NCBI RefSeq assembly: GCF_000172995.2
Contig: NC_014729.1
Span: 180,001-212,000 of the forward strand
Direction of reading: 5' to 3'
Origin: Halogeometricum borinquense DSM 11551
Lineage (GTDB): Archaea; Halobacteriota; Halobacteria; Halobacteriales; Haloferacaceae
Length of the DNA stretch: 32,000 bases
Within the stretch, counting starts at the first letter, position 1; every line of letters begins with the position of its first letter. The position numbers and the translations under genes are program-made. This document shows positions 1-7,530 of the stretch, one piece after another. The notes beneath the pieces were generated by a model that did not search any database, had not been told where the DNA came from, and worked only from the letters and a program-made list of their open reading frames with translations.

Positions 1-585
1 GAGACGTTCGATGGGCTTCTCAAAGAGCAGTACGCGGACGACTTACTCGTTCAGAACCCCGTTTCCAGTGCAACGGGCAAAGCGTTCCTCCTGCACAGCA
101 TCAAGGCGAAAGGCCGGGACAGCTACCTCGACTTCTGGCAGAAGCTAAAGGAGAACGGTGTGCGCGTCCTCAAAGACTGGGGCACCTCCTACGACGCCTA
201 CTCGAAAGGCGAGGCTCCGATGGTCGTCTCCTACTCCACCGACCAAGTGTACGCTCACGAATCCGGCGAAGACCTCGCAAAACACCAACTGCGCTTCCTG
301 AACGATCAGGGCTACGCCAACCCCGAAGGGATGGCGCTGTTCGAAGGCACCGACCAACCCGAACTCGCGCGGACGTTCATGGACTTCATGCTCCGGCCGG
401 AGATTCAAGCGGAAATCGCCGTTCGTAACGTCCAGTACCCGGCGACGACGACCGCAGAGTTGCCCGAGTCGTTCGGCAAATACGCGCAGGCACCGCCCGA
501 AGCGGTCACGTTCAACTACGACACGCTCCGAGACAACCTGAGCGACTGGACCAACGCGTGGGAGCGGCAGTTCATCGGGAACTGA
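1..585 (+). CDS. ABC transporter substrate-binding protein, thiamine/Fe(III) (TbpA/ThiB-like) family; 5' end outside window
   Basis: Frame 1 is open from base 1 to TGA 583-585. The translation (ETFDGLLKEQYADDLLVQNPVSSATGKAFLLHSIKAKG...SYSTDQVYA...RFLNDQGYANPEGMALF) resembles TbpA/ThiB-type periplasmic binding proteins from memory. The cognate permease starts 55 nt downstream. Confidence 0.75.
   Translation, partial: ETFDGLLKEQYADDLLVQNPVSSATGKAFLLHSIKAKGRDSYLDFWQKLKENGVRVLKDWGTSYDAYSKGEAPMVVSYSTDQVYAHESGEDLAKHQLRFLNDQGYANPEGMALFEGTDQPELARTFMDFMLRPEIQAEIAVRNVQYPATTTAELPESFGKYAQAPPEAVTFNYDTLRDNLSDWTNAWERQFIGN
55..74 (-). promoter_or_regulatory. ORB-like motif inside the binding-protein CDS (reverse complement GTTGCACTGGAAACGGGGTT)
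   Basis: The plus strand reads AACCCCGTTTCCAGTGCAAC. The reverse complement has the CACTGGAAAC core followed by GGGG, as in the ORBs at 10175-11030. Confidence 0.35.
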
Positions 586-640
586 ACGCAAGAGACAACG
601 AACTAAACACAGACAACAGACACGAGTAATTGATACACGG

Positions 641-2353
641 ATGAACGTCACGGCACTCGCTCGATGGACCGAACGCCGTGCGTTGGGTGTCGTCGCCGCC
701 GTGACCGCGGCTATTCTGATTGTTCTCTTTTATTACCCCGTCGCCACGGTGTTCGTCGATGCCGTGTACGTCTCCGAAGCGTGGACGCTCACGCCTCTCG
801 TAGACGTTCTGACATCACCGTTCTTCCAGGGACGGTTCCGTTTTACCGCGTATCAGGCGCTACTCTCCACCGTTGCGTCTGTCGCACTCGGTCTCCCTGG
901 TGCGTGGGTTCTGTCGCGTTTCGAGTTCCCCGGCCGTGAGACGCTTCGCTCGCTCACCATCCTCCCGTTCGTCATGCCCTCTATCATGGTCGCCATCGGC
1001 TTCGTCGCCACGTTCGGCCAGAACGGGACGCTCAACGACGTGCTGACGGCGCTCGGTCTTCCCAAGGTAACGCTTCTGTACTCGCTTCCGGCGATACTCG
1101 TCGCACACGCCTTCTACAACGCACCGCTCATCACCCGCGTGACGACGGCGGCGTGGGAGAGTGTGGACGCCTCCGCCGTTGAGACGGCTCGAACACTCGG
1201 CGCGTCGCCATATCGCGCCTTCTTCGACGTTGTCGTCCCACAACTCCTCCCGGCAGTCGCCGTCGGCGCGACGTTGACGTTCATTTTCACCTTTGCCTCC
1301 TTCCCTATCGTCCTTGCTCTCGGCGGGACCCAACTCGCTACCGTGGAGGTACTCATCTACTCGGGTGTGCAGAACCTCGACTTCGCGGAGGCGGCGTCGC
1401 TGGCAGTGGTGGAAACGGTTCTCTCGCTGGGACTCACGTACGCATACCTCCGATACGAGGCGAGTCGAGAGTCGAGCGGCCGTGGCGCGCGTCCGCAACG
1501 CCGTCGGTCCATATTGCCGTCGTCACTCTCCGTGAGCGAACTCGCTACCACGCTCGCTCTCGTCATCTATGGCATCGTCACGCTGATCGTATTCGTTGCA
1601 CCCATCGCATCGATGCTCCTCGCCAGCGTCACCGGTCCGGAAGGTGGGTTCACGCTGGACCACTACCGGTTTCTCATCGAACGACAGCAGACAGGTGCCA
1701 CCTATCAAGTCCTTCCACTGACGGCGATTCGGAACTCGCTCGTCTTCGGACTCGGAACGCTCGCGCTCGCTCTCCCGATGGGCGTCGTAATGAGCGTATT
1801 GACGACGCGCGACTTCCGCGGGCGGAAGATTATCGACGCTCTCTCCATGGCACCGCTGACGGTTTCAGGCATCGTCGTCGGTCTCGGACTCCTCCGCGGT
1901 CTCGTCTTCGGTGTCGAGGTATTCGGTACGCGCGTGCAGGTGACGGGCGCGTTGGCCATCGTCGCCGCACACGCCGTCGGCGCGTACCCATTCGTCACGC
2001 GGAATGTTGCACCACTCCTCGGTGGATTGGACCCACAACTCGTGGAATCCGCGCGGACGCTGGGCGCGAGTCGCGTTCGCGCCCTCCTCGATATCGAGTT
2101 GCCGCTTGTCGCCGCTGGTGTCGTCGCGGGCGCGGCGTTCGCGTTCGCAATCAGTATCGGCGAGTTCGACTCGACGGTCATCCTCGCGGAAGGATCAGCC
2201 AGTTACACGATGCCCGTCGCCGTCCAGCGCTATCTCGGGCGACGACTCGGCCCCGCGACGGCGATGGGGTGCGTACTCCTGCTCGTGACGAGCCTCAGTT
2301 TTGTCGTCATCGAGCGCTTCGGCGGACGAACCGGCGGTCGCGGCGGATTCTAA
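641..2353 (+). CDS. ABC transporter permease, fused two-domain (ThiP/FbpB-like)
   Basis: 570-aa strongly hydrophobic ORF with two MetI-type halves. Each half has an EAA-like loop (AVETARTLGASPYRAFFDVVVPQ and LVESARTLGASRVRALLDIELP). It lies directly downstream of the binding protein. Confidence 0.88.
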   Translation: MNVTALARWTERRALGVVAAVTAAILIVLFYYPVATVFVDAVYVSEAWTLTPLVDVLTSPFFQGRFRFTAYQALLSTVASVALGLPGAWVLSRFEFPGRETLRSLTILPFVMPSIMVAIGFVATFGQNGTLNDVLTALGLPKVTLLYSLPAILVAHAFYNAPLITRVTTAAWESVDASAVETARTLGASPYRAFFDVVVPQLLPAVAVGATLTFIFTFASFPIVLALGGTQLATVEVLIYSGVQNLDFAEAASLAVVETVLSLGLTYAYLRYEASRESSGRGARPQRRRSILPSSLSVSELATTLALVIYGIVTLIVFVAPIASMLLASVTGPEGGFTLDHYRFLIERQQTGATYQVLPLTAIRNSLVFGLGTLALALPMGVVMSVLTTRDFRGRKIIDALSMAPLTVSGIVVGLGLLRGLVFGVEVFGTRVQVTGALAIVAAHAVGAYPFVTRNVAPLLGGLDPQLVESARTLGASRVRALLDIELPLVAAGVVAGAAFAFAISIGEFDSTVILAEGSASYTMPVAVQRYLGRRLGPATAMGCVLLLVTSLSFVVIERFGGRTGGRGGF

Positions 2354-2415
2354 CACGCTATCGGTTACGACTGGTTCAGACCCGCCACCGGTCGAGCGAC
2401 GTGTTTGGTAACGAA

Positions 2416-2455
2416 TCTCCACCCGAAACGGAGGGGTTAGTCGAAAACAGGGAGG
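2416..2455 (+). promoter_or_regulatory. ORB-like motif TCTCCACCCGAAACGGAGGGGTT plus a weaker half-copy AGTCGAAAACAGGGAGG
   Basis: Lies in the convergent intergenic gap between the permease stop (2353) and the methyltransferase stop (2484). It is nearly identical to the motifs at 14155-14181 and 22344-22368. Confidence 0.45.
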
Positions 2456-2483
2456 CAGCTGGGAAGAAAGTGGTATCAGCGGA

Positions 2484-3164
2484 TCAGTGCGAGACGCCGA
2501 CGGTGAGAAGCGTCCCGAACGTGCGGTAGCGTTCGACCATCGCCTCGCGGGTCTCCCAGTTGTCGGTCGGGAACTCGTCTTCGTCGGGGATTTCCGTCTC
2601 TCTGTCCGGGATGTTGTCCTGTTCGGCCACGAAGAGACCGGCCTCGCGGAACGCCTCACGGTACTCCTCGCCGGTCCATCGCGTCATCTCTACGGAGATG
2701 TTCTCCTGCCACTCGTGCGAATGGACGTTCTCCTCGTAGTAGTTGACCGCGCAGAAGAACGTCCCACCGGGGCGGAGAACGCGCGCGACTTCCGAAAGCG
2801 TGTGATGTGGGTCGGCGGCGTAGTAGAACGCCTCCATCGAGAACACGTGGTCGATGCTGTCGTCCGCGAAGGGGAGTTCGTCGAAGTCACCGACGAGGTA
2901 TCCGATTTTCTCGTCGTCGGTGTACGACTGGGCGTTTCGTGCCATCTCCGGCGACCCATCGAGGCCGTACACGCGGCCTGCCTCTTTCGTCTCGCGCAGG
3001 GCGCGTCCCGCGTACCCGCTCCCGCATCCGAGGTCCAACACCACGTCGTCGGGTTCGACGGGCATCCGTGCGAGGACGTGCTTTGCCGTGTGCCAGTGTC
3101 GGTCTTCCATCCCCTTGTCGCGGCCGTCGGCCGCCCACGCATCGAATTCGTCTCTGACGCTCAT
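2484..3164 (-). CDS. class I SAM-dependent methyltransferase
   Basis: 226 aa with motif I VLDLGCGSGY, followed by VYGLDGSPEM and a LRPGG motif. Acidic composition typical of halophile proteins. Confidence 0.85.
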   Translation of the reverse strand: MSVRDEFDAWAADGRDKGMEDRHWHTAKHVLARMPVEPDDVVLDLGCGSGYAGRALRETKEAGRVYGLDGSPEMARNAQSYTDDEKIGYLVGDFDELPFADDSIDHVFSMEAFYYAADPHHTLSEVARVLRPGGTFFCAVNYYEENVHSHEWQENISVEMTRWTGEEYREAFREAGLFVAEQDNIPDRETEIPDEDEFPTDNWETREAMVERYRTFGTLLTVGVSH

Positions 3165-3230
3165 GTCCAGCGTGTCGATGGCGAGCGACTAAACGTGACG
3201 GGTTTCGGGTGCGTCGTCTCCGCCGGACGC

Positions 3231-3240
3231 TTTATACAAA
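3231..3240 (+). promoter_or_regulatory. TATA-like box (TTTATACAAA) for the leaderless membrane-protein gene
   Basis: AT-rich decamer 20-29 nt upstream of ATG 3260, the spacing expected for leaderless haloarchaeal transcripts. Confidence 0.35.
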
Positions 3241-3259
3241 GCCGTCTCACAAACGGGGT

Positions 3260-3718
3260 ATGGTCGGAGTACGTCGCCGATTCGCGCTCTCGGATACGGC
3301 CCAACAGATCGTCGGGGGCTTCCTCCTCGCTGGACCGTTCGTCGTCACCGAAGAGGTATGGAGTCTCGCGGCCAGCATGTCTGCCGTACAGGGAGTCTTC
3401 ACTGTCGTCATCGTTCTCACTGTCGGGTATGGTGCGCTCTACAAGGCAGACGACAGAGATCCCGACCGCGAACGTGACCTGCTCGGCGTCCCAGTTCGGT
3501 TCGTCTCGCTTATCCTCGTCGCTTATCTCTCGGTACTCATTCTCGCCCTCGCGTTCGACGCGCCGGGAACGTTCCTGTCGGATATGACGGGGAATGGGGC
3601 GTTCACCGTCTTCGGGTTGAGCCTCCAACTCGACGTGTTAGAAGTCACGTTGAAAGCGACGAGTATCGGTGCCGTGTTCAGTGTCATCGGTGCGGCGACG
3701 GCCGACAGCGTGTTCTGA
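3260..3718 (+). CDS. small integral membrane protein (DUF2391/TIGR02587-like, assigned from memory)
   Basis: Hydrophobic product MVGVRRRFALSDTAQQIVGGFLLAGPFVVTEEVW... with about four TM segments. ATG 3260 is preferred over GTG 3209 because of the TATA-like box at -25. Confidence 0.6.
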   Translation: MVGVRRRFALSDTAQQIVGGFLLAGPFVVTEEVWSLAASMSAVQGVFTVVIVLTVGYGALYKADDRDPDRERDLLGVPVRFVSLILVAYLSVLILALAFDAPGTFLSDMTGNGAFTVFGLSLQLDVLEVTLKATSIGAVFSVIGAATADSVF

Positions 3719-3830
3719 CGGTCGCCACGAAGCAAACGACCCGACCACAGAACCACCTCCCGCCTAGAAACCGCAGGATGCGATAGAGACCCACCCGCAG
3801 TCTTAAGGTTACGCAGTCGGAGCATTCGGT

Positions 3831-4409
3831 ATGGATTACACCCTCGCCATTGAGAACACGCCGGACACGATTCCCGGCGGAACAGGTATCCTCCTCCTGC
3901 ATCCGAGTATCGGCGAGACGGACCGCATCGATACGGATTTTCTGAAGACAGACACCGACCACTTCCTCGTCGTCTCCACCCGAACGACGGCCCGCGAGGT
4001 AGAGCAAAAACTCGAACACTACGACGTAGACGAGTCCCGCGCGGTGATTCTCGACACCCTCTCAGTTGACCGAGGGTACTCACGTCGAGGGTCCAACCAC
4101 GTCCACTACGTCTCTGCGCCAGACGACTTAGACGGTATCGTCGAACAGGTTCGGAACTTTCTCGAATCGCACGACGGCAAACTCCGCGTTAGTGTCGATT
4201 CAGTGACTGAATTGGCCTACTACGCCGACGTAGATCGCGCATACGAGGCGACGAAGCGACTCCTCGACCTATTGGACGAACACGACGCCGTCGGCCTGTT
4301 CCACCTCTCGAACGAAGTTCACGAGGAACCGACGCTCGAACGCTTCCGCGAGTTGTTCGAGGGCGTCGTCGAACTCGATGTTGGCGGCAACGTCTCAAGC
4401 GAGTTCTGA
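3831..4409 (+). CDS. conserved haloarchaeal hypothetical protein (possibly a degenerate RecA/KaiC-like fold without Walker A)
   Basis: 192-aa acidic ORF with high GC3 codon usage. The pattern GTGILLLHPS...LVVSTR...DSVTELAYY recalls the strand order of KaiC/RadA-like domains, but no P-loop is present. Confidence 0.6.
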   Translation: MDYTLAIENTPDTIPGGTGILLLHPSIGETDRIDTDFLKTDTDHFLVVSTRTTAREVEQKLEHYDVDESRAVILDTLSVDRGYSRRGSNHVHYVSAPDDLDGIVEQVRNFLESHDGKLRVSVDSVTELAYYADVDRAYEATKRLLDLLDEHDAVGLFHLSNEVHEEPTLERFRELFEGVVELDVGGNVSSEF

Positions 4410-4505
4410 GCGGACAACGCCGGTCAGTTCTGAGAGCAGCATCAGCGAGTGCTGAGAGAGCAGCGTCAGCGAGTGCTGAGAGGGCGGCGTCACAGAGCAG
4501 AACGC
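4396..4505. repeat. degenerate tandem array (period 22-24 nt) re-iterating the stop-codon context CAGCGAGTKCTGA
   Basis: CAAGCGAGTTCTGA is the real stop (TGA 4407-4409). GGTCAGTTCTGA ends at 4433. CAGCGAGTGCTGA occurs twice (4443-4455 and 4467-4479). Two 24-nt units, 4434-4457 and 4458-4481, differ at one base. The array fills the gap between convergent genes. Confidence 0.7.
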
Positions 4506-4512
4506 GACCGAT

Positions 4513-5334
4513 TCACCCCTCGTCTTCGACTGCGTCGGTGCGCTCCGAAGAGTCGTCTTCGAGTTGCTCGAACGTCTTCCGCGCCCAGCGAACGCCGTAA
4601 CTCGATCCGTATTCGAGATACGCCTCGGTGTCGAGGGCGACGAACGGTGCGGGAAGGTCGAGTCCGTGTTTGACGGCCGAACAGGCGTACTCCGTCGCCT
4701 CCGCGAACGATGTCTGTCCGCGAGCAACAGCGCGCGGGAGGGTGTCAAGCCGACCGGTTAACCGCTGTCCGGCGTCCCACCACGCGTCGTAGAGTCGCGG
4801 GTGTTGATCCTCCCACGAGGCGAACACGTCTCGCGTCTGGAGTCCAACCCACGCATCGTACAACGCCGCCGCAATCTGGTAGACCTCGTTCGGTGAGAGA
4901 GGTACCGCAGCGTCGAGTTCGCGGTACTGCTCGCCGAAGAAAGGAAGGAAGTGCTCAGGCGCGTCAGTCCCGAGTTGGACGAAGGCCTCGGCAAACAGAA
5001 AATCCAGGAAGTCCGTCGGCGTCCCCTCGGCGCGCTTTTTGGCGATGACACTCGGCGGGGCGGTCTGGCGGGTCCAGACGACCGTCCCGTCACCGGGCAT
5101 GCCGATAGTGAAGTCACTCCCGGCGTAGCGGGTGAGGAGTGCGGGCGCGTCTTCGGGCAGCCACTCGGACGGATACGTCGCCGGATCGAGCGAATCGACG
5201 AGGAGTCCTAAATCCTCGGCCGCGGCGGGCGGAATCGTCTCGAAGTCCGCCGCCGCAGAGAGGACGAGCGAATCCGGCGCGTGTTCATCGCGGACGGCGG
5301 CGACGTCGTCTGCGAGGTCACGAGATTCGAACAT
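4513..5334 (-). CDS. conserved haloarchaeal hypothetical protein
   Basis: 273-aa acidic ORF with coding-like codon usage. I recognise no catalytic motif. Confidence 0.65.
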   Translation of the reverse strand: MFESRDLADDVAAVRDEHAPDSLVLSAAADFETIPPAAAEDLGLLVDSLDPATYPSEWLPEDAPALLTRYAGSDFTIGMPGDGTVVWTRQTAPPSVIAKKRAEGTPTDFLDFLFAEAFVQLGTDAPEHFLPFFGEQYRELDAAVPLSPNEVYQIAAALYDAWVGLQTRDVFASWEDQHPRLYDAWWDAGQRLTGRLDTLPRAVARGQTSFAEATEYACSAVKHGLDLPAPFVALDTEAYLEYGSSYGVRWARKTFEQLEDDSSERTDAVEDEG

Positions 5335-5468
5335 AGTCCCGGTTCGAACCGCGGCGCCTTCAGCAGTGTGTTCGGTATCGCGGGGTGGTCCTCAGGTGCT
5401 CGGCCGACAGCCACCTCTCCGCGACTCCGCACCCTTCGCGCAGTTCGCACCGTCCGCACAGGTTGGAG

Positions 5469-5558
5469 TTATCCGAACGCGAGGACGGCGAGAAGTGCGA
5501 TGGCAAGAAACGCGGCGACACCGACGGTTCCGATGACGATTTTCGTCGCTTGGCTCAT
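5469..5558 (-). CDS. putative 29-aa single-pass membrane micro-protein
   Basis: ATG 5558 to TAA 5469-5471 gives MSQATKIVIGTVGVAAFLAIALLAVLAFG. The minus-strand sequence TTTAAG (plus strand CTTAAA within GCGCTTAAAGGC, about 5580-5591) lies ~27 nt upstream, consistent with a leaderless start. Below the size cut-off of the ORF track. Confidence 0.4.
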   Translation of the reverse strand: MSQATKIVIGTVGVAAFLAIALLAVLAFG

Positions 5559-5664
5559 AGTGACACGCAGTGAGTGCTGGCGCTTAAAGGCTTCAATATC
5601 GGTTACAGTCGCCTCGTGCGTCGGTCGAATTCGGAGAAAATTACTCGTTTTCGTATCCCCTCCT

Positions 5665-5693
5665 CAGTTCGAGTGGAAACAGAGGGGTTCGAG
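5665..5693 (+). promoter_or_regulatory. ORB-like motif CAGTTCGAGTGGAAACAGAGGGGTTCGAG
   Basis: Has the GTTCGAGTGGAAAC core plus a GGGG run. Lies 25 nt downstream of the MATE stop. Near-identical direct copy at 7304-7331. Confidence 0.5.
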
Positions 5694-5717
5694 TGATTCG
5701 GGGAGGGAAAACCCGGC

Positions 5718-7187
5718 TCAGTCAGCCGCAGACCCGACGTTCGACTCGTGGGCGACGTGAATCCACTTGCCGCTGTAGTACCGCGCGACGTTGATGACAC
5801 CCCGCACGTACATATCTGCGAGGATAGCCGCGTAGACGGCCCACAACCCCCAGTCGAGGCCGGGGGAGATGGTGATGCCGAGGACTGCGATGGTGAATCC
5901 AGCACCGGGGGCGAGAAACGCGATGGGAAGGCGGACAAGGTACGTCCCGACGAGGCCGCCGTAGAGCGGCCACCGGGTATCGCCTGCGCCGCGGAGTGCG
6001 CCGCGCATCGTCCGCGAAACACTGAATCCAGCCACCCCGAGACCAAACACACGAATGAACCGTGCCGTCAGCGGGATATCGCTCGCGCCAAACACCTGCG
6101 CGATTGGCGTGGCGGCGACGAAGATGGCCGCCGCGATGAGCAGTTGCGTCACAAGTGCGATACGGAGCGTCTGCCAGCCGTATTCGGTTGCCTCGCCGTC
6201 GTCGCCGCCGCCGATTGCTTGCCCGACGAGTGTCGAGGCGGCCGTCGAATAGCCCCACGCGGGCATGAGAGCGAGGAGCATCACGCGCCGACCGATAGCG
6301 TAGGCGGCCACGACGTTGGTTCCGAGGAGGCCAAGGACGAACAAAAACGGGAAGCGGCCGAACGTTCTGGAGAGTCGAGTTCCAGCTAATGGAAGGCCAA
6401 CACGGACGATTTCGGAGACCACATCCCAATCCCACTGCTTGCCCCCGAAGCGGAGGCGCACGTCCCACCGGCCAGAGGCGAGCAGGACGAAGAAGATGAC
6501 CGCTGCGAGCGTGTTGGCGGCGACAGTGCCCCACGCCGCACCCTCGACGCCGAGTGCTGGCGCGCCGAACAGACCAAAGATGAGGACGGCGTTGAGGATG
6601 ATGTTCGTCGGCAGGGTGAGCAGACGGACGTACATCGGTGTCCGGGTATCTCCGACGCCAGCGAGTGCGCGCGCGGCAATCATACTCCAAAAGCGGAACG
6701 CCACCGAGAGCATGACGATTCGGAGGTACGCGCTCCCGAGTTTGATCGTCTGTAAGTCGTTCGTCAAGAGAGCGATGAGCGGTCTCGCGTACATCCACCC
6801 AGCGATAGAGATAGGGACTGAGATGAGCAATGCGAGCCACAGAGACTGTTTCACCGCGAAATCAGCGGCGTCGTAGTCGTTCGCGCCGACGAACCGCGAG
6901 ACGACACTGATCGTCCCGCTGGTCAACGCGAGGGCAAGTCCGAACGGAATGAAGTAGTACTGAAAGCCGAGTTCGAGACCCGCAACAGCCGCATTACCGA
7001 GCGCGATACTCACCATCAGGAAGTCCGCGATACGAAGCAGTGTTCGCATCCCGCCCGTGACCATAACCGGAACAGCGAGGTCGAACGCGCGTGACCCCTT
7101 CTCCCGATCTACAAGGCCGAGTCGCGCCAAGAGTGCCGGAAATTGCATCAGTGCGTCGTGAGCGCGACGCTGGAGAGACGGTGCCAT
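5718..7187 (-). CDS. MATE family efflux transporter
   Basis: 489 aa with about 12 TM segments. The N-terminal region (AFDLAVPVMVTGGMRTLLRIADFLMVS) and internal duplication are typical of MatE/NorM proteins. Confidence 0.88.
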   Translation of the reverse strand: MAPSLQRRAHDALMQFPALLARLGLVDREKGSRAFDLAVPVMVTGGMRTLLRIADFLMVSIALGNAAVAGLELGFQYYFIPFGLALALTSGTISVVSRFVGANDYDAADFAVKQSLWLALLISVPISIAGWMYARPLIALLTNDLQTIKLGSAYLRIVMLSVAFRFWSMIAARALAGVGDTRTPMYVRLLTLPTNIILNAVLIFGLFGAPALGVEGAAWGTVAANTLAAVIFFVLLASGRWDVRLRFGGKQWDWDVVSEIVRVGLPLAGTRLSRTFGRFPFLFVLGLLGTNVVAAYAIGRRVMLLALMPAWGYSTAASTLVGQAIGGGDDGEATEYGWQTLRIALVTQLLIAAAIFVAATPIAQVFGASDIPLTARFIRVFGLGVAGFSVSRTMRGALRGAGDTRWPLYGGLVGTYLVRLPIAFLAPGAGFTIAVLGITISPGLDWGLWAVYAAILADMYVRGVINVARYYSGKWIHVAHESNVGSAAD

Positions 7188-7303
7188 CGTCTAAACAACG
7201 GACTCGGGGCGTGTATCAATTCACCAACCGGTTGATAGCTCCGGTACTGACGTGCGAGCAGCGAAGTGTAAAGTGCGAGCTGTAGGATGGTGTAGAACCA
7301 TGA

Positions 7304-7331
7304 AAGTTCGAGTGGAAACGAAGGGGTTCGG
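7304..7331 (+). promoter_or_regulatory. ORB-like motif AAGTTCGAGTGGAAACGAAGGGGTTCGG
   Basis: Same core as 5665-5693 (AGTTCGAGTGGAAAC-NN-AGGGGTTCG). Lies ~117 nt upstream of the MATE start and runs directly into the polypurine tract. Confidence 0.5.
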
Positions 7332-7510
7332 AAGAGGCGGAAGGAAGTCGAAGAAGAGAGGTCGGAAGGGTCGGAGAAAGCCGAAGACGAAAGAGGTCGG
7401 AGAGAGGGTCAAAGACGAAAGAGGTCGGAGAGAGGGTCAAAGACGAAAGAGGTCGGAGAGAAGAAGAGAAGTAGGGAAAAAGAGGAGAAAAAGCAGCGAG
7501 AGGGTCGAAT
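7331..7510 (+). repeat. polypurine (G/A) tract, about 85 percent purine on the plus strand
   Basis: By hand I count 25 pyrimidines in 7331-7500 (170 nt). The tract is built from GGTCGGAG / GAAAGAGG-like units. Confidence 0.8.
7386..7460. repeat. 28-nt tandem repeat, about 2.7 copies (GACGAAAGAGGTCGGAGAGAGGGTCAAA)
   Basis: Copies start at 7386, 7414 and 7442. The first two are identical. Confidence 0.85.
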
Positions 7511-7530
7511 GATGGGACTGACAGCGGCTC

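Noticed and set aside
3243-3268. Partial ORB-like sequence TCTCACAAACGGGGTAT (similar one at 15251-15272)
   Set aside because: It lacks the full GAAAC core and the upstream half of the box, so it is compatible with chance in GC-rich DNA.
2487-3587. 366-aa plus-strand ORF
   Set aside because: It is antisense to the well-supported methyltransferase and overlaps the membrane-protein gene. Its Arg/Val-rich, basic composition is typical of shadow frames in high-GC DNA.
5722-6840. 372-aa minus-strand ORF in an alternative frame of the MATE gene
   Set aside because: The product is extremely Arg-rich. The overlapping frame gives a canonical 12-TM MATE protein.
7252-7512. 86-aa extremely basic K/R/G/E-rich ORF (a 71-aa version starts at ATG 7300)
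   Set aside because: It is a translation of the polypurine tract. It is dominated by AGA/AGG/AAA/AAG codons, which are rare in the real genes here, and its ATG abuts the ORB-like motif. A small basic nucleic-acid-binding peptide cannot be strictly excluded without ribosome profiling.
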